In this document: in pieces, positions 55,596 through 64,000 of the stretch
Layout of the letters: the number at the start of each line of letters is the position of its first letter
Numbering within the stretch: position 1 is the stretch's first letter
DNA from: Candidatus Oxydemutator sp.
GTDB taxonomy: Bacteria; Pseudomonadota; Gammaproteobacteria; Poriferisulfidales; Oxydemutatoraceae
Direction: 5' to 3'
DNA: 64,000 nt
NCBI GenBank assembly: GCA_965203445.1
Contig: OZ241883.1
Coordinates: forward strand, 1,696,001-1,760,000
Notes under the pieces: model-generated
The model's input: the letters and a program-made list of their open reading frames with translations, nothing else
The model's database searches: none
What the model was told of the DNA's origin: nothing
Program-made: the position numbers and the translations under genes

Positions 55596-56771
55596 ATGAA
55601 AATCGAACGTCTCCATCTGAAGAACTTCCGCGCCCTGCATGACGTGGAATTGAAGGACGTCCCGCCGTTTGCGGTGTTCGTCGGTGAAAACGGCAGCGGC
55701 AAATCCACGCTGTTTCGGGTCTTCGGTTTCCTGAAGGACGCCTTGGTGAACAATCTGAAGACCGCCGTGCAAAGGATGGGCGGCTACAAGGAGGTGGCGA
55801 CCCGGGGCCACACGGATGAGCCCATCGTGATTGAAATTCAGTTTCGGGCGGCGACTGTCGCCAGGGGGCGGCTTGTTACGTATCGTTTGGAGATTACTGC
55901 CCGGGACGGCGCTCCCATCGTGAAACGGGAGATCTTGTGTTACAAGCGAGGGAAATATGGTTCACCTTTTCACTTTTTGGATTTCAAGGAGGGAGAGGGC
56001 TATGCCATCAGCAACGAGGAGGACTTCGACAAGTCAGACGAAGAATTGACCAAGGATTTTCAAAAACTGGATTCTCCCCATATGCTTGCCATCAAGGGGT
56101 TGGGGCAGTTTCAGCGCTTCAAGGCGGCCAATGCTTTTCGCCATTTTATCGAGAACTGGCACGTGTCCGATTTTCATATCGCCGCGGCCCGCCAGCGCTC
56201 GGAAGCGGGAATGGAGGAACATCTTTCCGAATCCGGTGATAACCTGCCCCTGGTCGCTCAGCATTTGTACCAGAATGATCCCCCGACGTTCGACGCTATC
56301 ATAGAAAAATTCAGGGAGAGAATTCCCGGCATGTCCGGGGTGGACGTGGCGGTAACGCCTGACGGATATGTACTGCTGCGCTTTGCGGACGGCTCCTTCA
56401 AGGATCCTTTCATTGCCCGCCACGTCTCGGACGGCACGATCAAGATGTTTGCCTACCTGGTGTTGTTGCATGATCCGAGGCCGCACCCGTTTCTGTGCAT
56501 TGAAGAACCGGAGAACCAGCTGTATCCGCGTCTGCTCGGCACCTTGGTCGAGGAACTGCGTGATTACGCCATGCGGGGCGGGCAGGTTTTCGTCTCCACT
56601 CATTCGCCCGATGTGTTGAACCACGTAGAGCCCGAGGAAGCGTTTTTGTTAAAGAAAAAGCAGGGCAAGACCGCGATCCATTTGCTCGCCGACAATCGGC
56701 AAATCAAGGGGTTGTTCGATGCAGGCGATCAATTGGGCTGGTTGTGGAATCAGGACCTGCTGGAAATCTAG
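55596..56771 (+). CDS. AAA_21-type ABC ATPase
   Basis: GENGSGKS, SDGT, IEEPENQL, STHS. Confidence 0.85.
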   Translation: MKIERLHLKNFRALHDVELKDVPPFAVFVGENGSGKSTLFRVFGFLKDALVNNLKTAVQRMGGYKEVATRGHTDEPIVIEIQFRAATVARGRLVTYRLEITARDGAPIVKREILCYKRGKYGSPFHFLDFKEGEGYAISNEEDFDKSDEELTKDFQKLDSPHMLAIKGLGQFQRFKAANAFRHFIENWHVSDFHIAAARQRSEAGMEEHLSESGDNLPLVAQHLYQNDPPTFDAIIEKFRERIPGMSGVDVAVTPDGYVLLRFADGSFKDPFIARHVSDGTIKMFAYLVLLHDPRPHPFLCIEEPENQLYPRLLGTLVEELRDYAMRGGQVFVSTHSPDVLNHVEPEEAFLLKKKQGKTAIHLLADNRQIKGLFDAGDQLGWLWNQDLLEI

Positions 56772-56784
56772 TAGCAGACAAGCA

Positions 56785-57390
56785 ATGCATGTCGCACAGA
56801 TAAATCTCGTCTTCCTGCTGGAAGAGGATTCTGCCAAGCATTTGTTGGAAACATTGCTGCCTCAGATAGTAGGCGAGTTCCCCGCTGTACATTGCAGATG
56901 CATCCCGCATCAAGGCAAAAACCACCTGCAACAGTCTATTCCCCGCAAGCTCAAGACTTGGAATCAACCCAATACCTTCTTTGTCATCCTGCACGATCAA
57001 GATAGCCGTGATTGTCGGGAACTCAAGCAGGAATTGCAGGAGATATGCGCGAGACAAAGCAAACATACGCCTTTGATTCGCATCGTCTGCCGGGAATTGG
57101 AAGCGTGGTATTTCGGCGATCTCGATGCGGTCGAGAAAGCATTTCCGAAGTTTGAGGCGGCGCAGTACCGAAACAAGAAAAAATATAGGAATCCTGACGA
57201 TATTGATCGTCCAGGCAAGGAACTGAAACGTATTGGTATTGATAAAGGCTTCCACTTCCAAAAGGGAGACGCGGCGAAGAAGGTTCCTCGATACATGGAC
57301 ATAAAAAATAATTCTTCAAAAAGTTTTCAGCACTTGGTGACCGGCGTGCAAAAGTTGGTCCGGCAAAACATACAATCACAACAAGGATAG
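56785..57390 (+). CDS. DUF4276-family protein (TOPRIM-like)
   Basis: FLLEEDS, GK..L, HDQDSRDC, ELEAWYFGD, N.S.SF. Confidence 0.75.
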   Translation: MHVAQINLVFLLEEDSAKHLLETLLPQIVGEFPAVHCRCIPHQGKNHLQQSIPRKLKTWNQPNTFFVILHDQDSRDCRELKQELQEICARQSKHTPLIRIVCRELEAWYFGDLDAVEKAFPKFEAAQYRNKKKYRNPDDIDRPGKELKRIGIDKGFHFQKGDAAKKVPRYMDIKNNSSKSFQHLVTGVQKLVRQNIQSQQG

Positions 57391-57396
57391 TCCGCG

Positions 57397-60300
57397 ATGC
57401 TCGCTCCCGCAGTTCAGGCCCCTGTCATCAATTCTCCCTATGAGGAGCCGGGGGCGCATTGGAAAATCCATGAGCATGAGCCGGCGGAGAAAATCGTTGG
57501 GCGGCGCAAGCCGACCTATGTGTATCTGCCGCCCGGCGCGCGCACCGACGGCGAGAACGAGCGCGAGGTCGGCCATGAGATCGAAGAACTGCAACTGGTG
57601 TCGCAGGTGCGCGAGCGGCTTGCCGAATGGCGCCCGCTGGCGTTGCGCGGCGGCGGCGGCGTCAGCCGGGTGACGATGGAACTGCTGAATTACTGGCGCC
57701 GTCGCGGGCGTGCGCAGCCGTTGTTTTTTGCGCAACTGGAAGCCGCCGAGACGATCATCTTTGTGAGCGAGGCGCGCGCCGATCTGTTGCAGGGGATCGT
57801 CGTGCCGCCGGATGAGCCGGGGGCGGAGAAGCAAAGGCAGGGTTGCACCGCCTTTCGCAGGTTGTGCTGCCGGATGGCGACCGGCGCCGGCAAGACCACC
57901 GTGATGGCGATGCTGGCGGCGTGGAGCATACTGAACAAAGTCCACAACAGGCAGGACAGGCGCTTTTCCGACGCCGTGCTGGTGGTTTGCCCGAACGTTA
58001 CCATCCGCGACCGCCTGGCCGAGCTCGATCCGAGGAAGGGCGAGGCCAGCATTTACCGCACCCGCGACCTGGTGCCGCCGGCGCTGATGCCGCGCTTGGC
58101 GCAGGGACGGATTCTGACGACGAACTGGCACGTGTTCGAGCCGCACGGCACCCAGTCCGGCAGCAAGGTGGTCAAGGCCGGGCAGCGCGTCGTGATGCGC
58201 GAGACCGTGTTGATCGGCGACAGGACTATGACCGCGCGTGGCAAGCGCTACATGACCGAGAACGATCTTAGAAAAAAGAGCGCGCTGGGACTGTTGCGCA
58301 TTCTGTCGGAGGAGAAAGACAAGGGCGGCAATCTGAGGAAGGCCGAAATCGAGGCGGAAAAATACCTCGAGTCCGACGCCGCGCTCGTGCGCCGCGTGCT
58401 GGAAGGAGAATTGGGAACGCGGCGCAACGTCATGGTGTTCAACGACGAGGCCCACCACGCCTACCGCCTGCGCGACGGCAATGACAACGGCAATGACAAC
58501 GGCAATGGCAACGGCGACGGCAACGAGGAGGACGGTCTTATCGGCGACGACGAGGCGGCGGAGCACTATTACAAGGAGGCCACGGTGTGGGTCGAGGGAC
58601 TGGATCGGGTGCACAAGTCGCGCGGTATCAATTTTTGCGTGGACTTCTCGGCGACGCCGTATTTTCTGGGCAAGGCGGGCGCCAACACCAATCGCATTTT
58701 CCCGTGGACGGTCAGCAGTTTCGATTTGCAGGACGCAATCGAGGCCGGGCTGGTCAAGATTCCGCAGTTGGCGGTGCGCGATTCTTCCGGCGCCAGCGTT
58801 CCGGGCTACTTCAACATCTGGAAATGGATACTGCCGCAACTGACGCCGTCCGAGCGCGGCGGCAGAAAGAGCGGCGCCAAGCCGGAGGCGATACTCAAAT
58901 ACGCGCACACGCCGATTGCGATGATGGGCGGCATGTGGGAGGCGTTGCGCCGCGAACTGGCCGAGTCCGACGACCCGCGCCCGCCGGTGTTCATCATCGT
59001 CTGCAAGACTCGGAAACTGGCGAAAATCGTCTATGAGTGGCTGGCCGAGGATCGCCCGCCGACCACCGCCATTCCGCGCGCGAGTCTGCCCTCGCTGCGC
59101 AACGACGACGAGCACCGGAACACCATCTGCGTGTATTCGGACGTGCAGAAGGAAATCGAGAGCGGCAACGCCAAGAGCGACGAAACCCGCTGGATGCGTC
59201 ACGTGCTCGACACTATCGGCAGGATGGACTGGCCGCGCGACAGTCAGCGCCGGGCGCAATATCCCGACGGCTTCGAGGAGCTGGCGCGCAAGTTGGGCCG
59301 CGAGAAGCACCCGCCGGGGCGCGACGTGCGCTGCATCGTCAGCGTCGGGATGCTGACCGAGGGTTGGGATTGCAACACCGTGACGCACATCATCGGTCTG
59401 CGCCCGTTCATGTCGCAACTGCTGTGCGAGCAGGTGGTCGGGCGCGGCTTGCGGCGCGCATCCTACGAGGTCGGTGCGGACGGGCTGATGCGCGAGGAAA
59501 TCGCCACCGTGCTCGGCGTGCCGCTGTCCGCCTTTACCGTGAAGGCCGCCGGCGGCACCAAAGTGGAAGAAGCAAAACGCTGGCACGTGCACGCGGTACC
59601 GCAAAAAGAACAATACAAGATCCGTTTCCCGCGCGTCGAAGGCTACCGCCAGAGCGTGCGCGGGCGCATCGTTTGCGACGTGGATGAAGTCCCGCCGCTG
59701 CGGATAAACATCGAAAAAATCCCGTCGGAAGTAGAGATGAAGCCTGGATTGGCACCCAATATCGGTCGTCCTTCCCTGCACGGCCCGGGCGCGCTCAACA
59801 GGGCGGATCTCGAGGAATTTCGCGGGCAGGCGCGCTTGCAGCAGAGGATCTGCGAGATGACCGCCGCGCTGGCGAAGGACTATTCCGACGACGCACAATG
59901 TCGGTTGCCGCCGGGAGTTCTGTTTTCCCAGTTGTATCGGATCGTGCGCGAATACTTCGACAAGAAGGTTATCGCGGCACCTCCCGCAGACCGGCGAGAC
60001 GCGTTCCTGGCCCCGTATTATGGGCACATCATCGAACGTCTGTTGCAAGGAATCCGCCCCGACGAGGCCGCGGGCGAGGCGCCCGAACTGCCGCGCTATG
60101 AGCGTATGCGCGGCGACGGTTCTACGGCGGAGGTGGACTTCAGCACCCGCCGCGAACCATACCCGGTGCACAAAAGCCACGTCAATGCCGTGGTGCCGGA
60201 TACCGAAAGACTCGAGCAGTTGGCCGCATGGCACCTGGACAAACACCCGCGCGTGTTCTCGTTCGCCAAGAACGAGGGGCTGGGCTTCGGCATTCCGTAC

Positions 60301-60531
60301 CTGCACAACGGCGAGTCTCACGATTATCTGCCCGACTTCCTGGTGCGGCTGCAAGACGAGGATCGCTATCTGATTCTCGAGACCAAGGGCTACGACGAGC
60401 TGAAAGAAATCAAACGCACCGCCGCCGAGCGCTGGGTCGCCGCGGTCAACGCCGACGGCGGACGCGGACATTGGCAATACGCGATGGTATCCGAGGCCTC
60501 GGAAATCAACGGCCTGCTGGAACGGTTGTAG
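57397..60531 (+). CDS. Type III-like restriction helicase/endonuclease (Res, BPTD_3080-like)
   Basis: INSPYEEP, MATGAGKT, NDEAHHAY, SATP, MLTEGWD, QVVGRGLRR, C-terminal YLPDF...LETKG. Confidence 0.9.
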   Translation: MLAPAVQAPVINSPYEEPGAHWKIHEHEPAEKIVGRRKPTYVYLPPGARTDGENEREVGHEIEELQLVSQVRERLAEWRPLALRGGGGVSRVTMELLNYWRRRGRAQPLFFAQLEAAETIIFVSEARADLLQGIVVPPDEPGAEKQRQGCTAFRRLCCRMATGAGKTTVMAMLAAWSILNKVHNRQDRRFSDAVLVVCPNVTIRDRLAELDPRKGEASIYRTRDLVPPALMPRLAQGRILTTNWHVFEPHGTQSGSKVVKAGQRVVMRETVLIGDRTMTARGKRYMTENDLRKKSALGLLRILSEEKDKGGNLRKAEIEAEKYLESDAALVRRVLEGELGTRRNVMVFNDEAHHAYRLRDGNDNGNDNGNGNGDGNEEDGLIGDDEAAEHYYKEATVWVEGLDRVHKSRGINFCVDFSATPYFLGKAGANTNRIFPWTVSSFDLQDAIEAGLVKIPQLAVRDSSGASVPGYFNIWKWILPQLTPSERGGRKSGAKPEAILKYAHTPIAMMGGMWEALRRELAESDDPRPPVFIIVCKTRKLAKIVYEWLAEDRPPTTAIPRASLPSLRNDDEHRNTICVYSDVQKEIESGNAKSDETRWMRHVLDTIGRMDWPRDSQRRAQYPDGFEELARKLGREKHPPGRDVRCIVSVGMLTEGWDCNTVTHIIGLRPFMSQLLCEQVVGRGLRRASYEVGADGLMREEIATVLGVPLSAFTVKAAGGTKVEEAKRWHVHAVPQKEQYKIRFPRVEGYRQSVRGRIVCDVDEVPPLRINIEKIPSEVEMKPGLAPNIGRPSLHGPGALNRADLEEFRGQARLQQRICEMTAALAKDYSDDAQCRLPPGVLFSQLYRIVREYFDKKVIAAPPADRRDAFLAPYYGHIIERLLQGIRPDEAAGEAPELPRYERMRGDGSTAEVDFSTRREPYPVHKSHVNAVVPDTERLEQLAAWHLDKHPRVFSFAKNEGLGFGIPYLHNGESHDYLPDFLVRLQDEDRYLILETKGYDELKEIKRTAAERWVAAVNADGGRGHWQYAMVSEASEINGLLERL

Positions 60532-60707
60532 TTGTTCCGCGGCGCGCTCGCAGGCGCGCCCGCAGGCCCACCCGCGTCCGCGATCCGGCACAACTTTCCC
60601 GCGCCGTCGCTGCTTGAAAACTTCTTTGGCATCCGCATATTCATAAGGATAGCCGGAGATTCTCATGCGCGGTGACGATCTGCTGATTATCGTGTATGAT
60701 TCATCGC

Positions 60708-61089
60708 ATGGTACGATTGAGCGACGAACAATGAGAACGCATACGCAAACATTTCCCAGAAGAGAACATCGCGCCAAGCCGGGCCGGTCGTAAGCCGGTG
60801 CCGACGAGAAAAGTTCTCGAAGGCGTCCTGTGGATCCTCGACACGGGGCGCAATGGAAGATGCTGCTGCAATGTTATCCGAATTACAAAACAGTGCACCG
60901 CCGTTTTCGACGATGGTGCACGGACAACACCTTGCGCGATCTGTTGGTGGATTTGGCCAATGACTTGCGCAAGGAAGGGGTTGTGGATGAGAGGGAGTGT
61001 TTTATAGACGGTATGTTTTCCGCGGCCAAGGAGGGTGGCGCGGGGATAGGCAGGACGGGGCGTGGAAAAGGCCTCAGAATCATGGCCAT
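60708..61089 (+). pseudogene. IS5-family transposase remnant
   Basis: MVRLSDEQ*ERI...GRKP...VLEGVLWILDTG, then a frameshift to AQWKML..YPNYKTVHRRF...FIDG...IGRTGRGKGLRIMAI, then truncated. Confidence 0.85.
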
Positions 61090-61177
61090 TATAATGCCCC
61101 TAATTTTCCTTTGCATTAACTCAAACTCAGGATTAATCAAATGATCGGTATTACTTGCGTGTTAGCCGTGTGTGCTG

Positions 61178-64000
61178 ATGCGTCAAAATAATGAATCTCT
61201 GACGTGGCGGTTGTGCGAGCAACCACATGGCGCAGAACCTGATCCTGTAAGTGGTTCTTCGTTATTGTCCTTCCTACTGCGAGCGCTTGGTTGCAAAACT
61301 GGCGCTCCTGATTTTGACAACTGGCTCGTTCAGTCAACTGGCCGCTGTCGGCCTGTTTCAGTTGTTATTCTCCTGACAGTAGTATTGCTCAGCATGCCGG
61401 CTGCGGTCGTTGCGCAGGGCACTGGCGGCGTGTGTGATCGCACCGAGCAGGTGAAGCGTGCAATAGTGCAGGCAGCGGAAGTGGCGGAATGCAGTTTGGT
61501 TACGGCGGAGCAGTTGGAGATGATTACTTCGCTGGATATCAGCAGCCGTAGCATAAGCCGATTGCGGGTGGGTGACTTTGCAGGGTTGGATGAGTTGGCA
61601 TCACTGCGCTTGGACGGGAACCGTCTGACTGGCCTGGAGCCGAGGATATTTGCCGGTTTAGTCGCTTTGGAGCGTCTGTATATGAGTTCCAACCATTTGG
61701 TCACGTTGGAGAATGGTGCGTTCTCGGGGTTGACGAGTTTGCGGATGTTGACGTTGAGCGACAATCGAATCAGCAGCGCGGGAGATGTATTTGCGAATAC
61801 CAGCCTGAGCGCGTTGACGGTGTTGGATATGTCGGGGAATCGGTTGGAGAGATTGGGTGAAGGAGCATTTTCTGGTTTGGGGCAGCTGAAAGAATTGCGT
61901 TTGGGGAGTAATTGGATAAATAGAATGGAAAGTGGTGCTTTTTCGGGGTTGGGCAATTTGGGTAGATTGGTTCTGCAAGGGAATCGTTTGCGGGACCTGC
62001 CTGCGGATATATTTTCGGGATTAGATTTAGGCATGTTGGATTTGTCCGGCAATCCGATGGATCCATTCGTGTTGGAGTTGCGCCTGGAGGCTTGGGAGGA
62101 AGGAGTGCGTGCGCGCATAAGGGAAGGGGCGCCTGCGGCGATAAAGGCATCCTGGTCTGCGTCGGGCGGTTCGAGCGAGATGGGTCAGGTAGAGGTGGCG
62201 GCGGGCGCGTTGGCGAGCGGGGTATTCGGTTTGGAGCGTGCGCACGTGGAGCCTGCGATGATAAGGCTGCATGATGCTCAGCAGTTGCTTCCGTCCGCGT
62301 CCTACCGTGGTATTCGTATATCGGCGACGGGCATCGTGACGTTGAGATGGCGTGGGCCTCGGTTTGTTGGGGGAGTGGAGGATCAGATATACACGGTGGG
62401 TGTGGAAGTATCGTCAAAGTTGCCGGCGGCGGTAAGCGGTACGCGTCCGTTGCGCTACAGTTTGTCTGGAGATTCCCCGCTGCCGTCGGATTTGGCGTTC
62501 GACCCGTTGACGCGGGTATTGTCGGGGACTCCGACGCGGGTGCAGGGGGGTGTGTATCGCTACACGGTGGAGGACGCGGTGGGTCGCAGGGCTACGACGG
62601 AGATCGGCATTCGCGTGCGCGGTGAGGTATGTGCCCGCACGCGAGCGGTTCATGAGGAGATAGCGCGCAGGGCGGGTCATTCGGACTGCGACTACGTCAA
62701 AGAAAACGATCTTGCGCGTATAGAGACGCTGATCATAAGCGACCGTGGATTGAGCGAGTTGCAGCTTGGTGATTTCGGGGGTTTGAGCGGCTTGAGGTCT
62801 TTGCGTATGGAGGGGAACGGTTTGAGGCGGTTGAGACATGGGATATTTTCGGATCTGGTTCGCTTGGAGCGTCTGTATATGAGTTCGAACCATCTGGTGA
62901 CGTTGGATAGCAGAGTGTTTTCGGGATTGGTCAGTTTGCGCATGTTGACGTTGAGCGGCAACTGGATAAGCGACGTTGGCGAACTGTTCAAGAACACGAG
63001 TTTGAGCGCGCTGACGGCGTTGGATTTGTCGAGGAATCGTTTGGGTGGATTGGGCGACGGAGCATTTTCGGGCTTGCGGCGTTTGGAGACGTTGCAGTTG
63101 GCAGGCAACCAAATAAGCACGCTGGATAGCGGAGCATTTTCGGGATTGGATAGTTTGCGCACGCTGACGTTGTCTGGAAATGGGTTGACGAGGTTGCCCG
63201 CCGAGATATTTGTCGGCATGGAGTTGACGGGCGGTCTGGACTTGTCAGGCAATCCGGTGGACCCATTCGTGTTGGAGTTGCGCTTGGAGGCTTGGGAGGA
63301 AGGAGTGCGTGCGCGCATAAAGGAAGGGGCGCCTGCGGCGATAAAGGCATCCTGGTCTGCGTCGGGCGGTTCGAGCGAGATGGGTCAGGTAGAGGTGGCG
63401 GCGGGCGCGTTGGCGAGCGGGGTATTCGGTTTGGAGCGTGCGCACGTGGAGCCTGCGATGATAAGGCTGCATGACGTTCAGCAGTTGCTTCCGGCCGCGT
63501 CCTACCGTGGTATTCGTATATCGGCGACGGGCATCGTGACGTTGAGGTGGCGTGGGCCTCGGTTTGTTGGGGGAGTGGAGGATCAGATATACACGGTGGG
63601 TGTGGGAACGTCGTCAAAGTTGCCGGCGGCGGTAAGCGGTACGCGTCCGTTGCGCTACAGTTTGTCTGGAGATTCCCCGCTGCCGTCGGATTTGGCGTTC
63701 AACCCGTTGACGCGGGTATTGTCGGGGACTCCGACGCGGGTGCAGGGGGGTGTGTATCGCTACACGGTGGAGGACGCGGTGGGTCGCAGGGCTACGACGG
63801 AGATCGGCATTCGCGTGCGCGGTGAGGTATGTGCCCGGACGCGAGCGGTTCATGAGGAGATAGCGCGCAGGGCGGGTCATTCGGACTGTGACTACGTCAA
63901 AGAAAACGATCTTGCGCGTATAGAGACGCTGATCATAAGCGACCGTGGATTGAGCGAGTTGCAGCTTGGTGATTTCGGGGGTTTGAGCGGCTTGAGGTCT
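61178..64000 (+). CDS. Secreted leucine-rich-repeat + Ig-like repeat protein; runs off the window (absent from the ORF track); start uncertain
   Basis: My manual translation gives a signal-like VVILLTVVLLSMPAAVVA, a cap VCDRTEQVKRAIV..C, repeated LxxLxLxxNxLxxLxxxxFxGL, and an Ig-like LPSDLAFDPLTRVLSGTP. I saw no stop before the window end. Confidence 0.85.
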   Translation, partial: MRQNNESLTWRLCEQPHGAEPDPVSGSSLLSFLLRALGCKTGAPDFDNWLVQSTGRCRPVSVVILLTVVLLSMPAAVVAQGTGGVCDRTEQVKRAIVQAAEVAECSLVTAEQLEMITSLDISSRSISRLRVGDFAGLDELASLRLDGNRLTGLEPRIFAGLVALERLYMSSNHLVTLENGAFSGLTSLRMLTLSDNRISSAGDVFANTSLSALTVLDMSGNRLERLGEGAFSGLGQLKELRLGSNWINRMESGAFSGLGNLGRLVLQGNRLRDLPADIFSGLDLGMLDLSGNPMDPFVLELRLEAWEEGVRARIREGAPAAIKASWSASGGSSEMGQVEVAAGALASGVFGLERAHVEPAMIRLHDAQQLLPSASYRGIRISATGIVTLRWRGPRFVGGVEDQIYTVGVEVSSKLPAAVSGTRPLRYSLSGDSPLPSDLAFDPLTRVLSGTPTRVQGGVYRYTVEDAVGRRATTEIGIRVRGEVCARTRAVHEEIARRAGHSDCDYVKENDLARIETLIISDRGLSELQLGDFGGLSGLRSLRMEGNGLRRLRHGIFSDLVRLERLYMSSNHLVTLDSRVFSGLVSLRMLTLSGNWISDVGELFKNTSLSALTALDLSRNRLGGLGDGAFSGLRRLETLQLAGNQISTLDSGAFSGLDSLRTLTLSGNGLTRLPAEIFVGMELTGGLDLSGNPVDPFVLELRLEAWEEGVRARIKEGAPAAIKASWSASGGSSEMGQVEVAAGALASGVFGLERAHVEPAMIRLHDVQQLLPAASYRGIRISATGIVTLRWRGPRFVGGVEDQIYTVGVGTSSKLPAAVSGTRPLRYSLSGDSPLPSDLAFNPLTRVLSGTPTRVQGGVYRYTVEDAVGRRATTEIGIRVRGEVCARTRAVHEEIARRAGHSDCDYVKENDLARIETLIISDRGLSELQLGDFGGLSGLRS
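62048..64000 (+). repeat. Intragenic tandem repeat with a 1,200-bp period
   Basis: 62048-62800 is near-identical to 63248-64000. Confidence 0.92.

Noticed and set aside
60732-60734. In-frame TGA at a Trp position in the IS5 transposase as possible stop-codon recoding
   Set aside because: The gene also has a frameshift and truncation, and TGA is the normal stop for many genes here.
57376-60777. 1133-aa minus-strand ORF
   Set aside because: Antisense shadow of the res gene.
62048-64000. Near-identical repeats as a diversity-generating retroelement TR/VR pair
   Set aside because: No reverse transcriptase is present, the differences are not adenine-specific, and both copies lie in one reading frame.

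Overview
High-GC (about 70% in core genes, by eye) proteobacterial chromosome segment, most likely a gammaproteobacterium. Its giant adhesin, eukaryote-like LRR proteins and expanded coiled-coil families suggest a host-associated organism such as a sponge symbiont (inference). Layout: (1) 1-16.8 kb: 5'-truncated giant surface adhesin (>5,590 aa; Ig-like, Calx-beta-like, FN3, GlyGly-CTERM-like tail). (2) 16.8-25.4 kb: accessory patch with duplicated DUF1640-like coiled-coil genes, an orphan N6-adenine methyltransferase, an AlkB/DUF488x2/GIY-YIG-like operon, a coiled-coil PD-(D/E)XK gene bracketed by REP-like direct repeats, and a TnpB element. (3) 25.4-48.6 kb: core genes ffh, purF, lpxH, ppi, tRNAs, mlaC-murA-hisG-aroG-hisD-hisC, uvrB, thrS-infC-rpmI-rplT-pheST-ihfA. 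(4) 48.6-60.5 kb: defence island after tRNA-Pro(GGG), a type III-like mod/res pair enclosing three ATPase-nuclease modules. (5) An IS5 remnant and a 3'-truncated LRR/Ig repeat protein. Top finding: the intact tnpB at 24212-25432 does not have IS200/IS605-type ends. It lies in a 1,262-bp element with perfect 25-bp terminal inverted repeats and an 8-bp target-site duplication (IS1595-like DDE ends). The right TIR supplies the tnpB stop codon and appears to form the last hairpin of the omega-RNA. This looks like a Fanzor-like, TIR-bounded RNA-guided element in a bacterium, inserted in the ffh -10 box.
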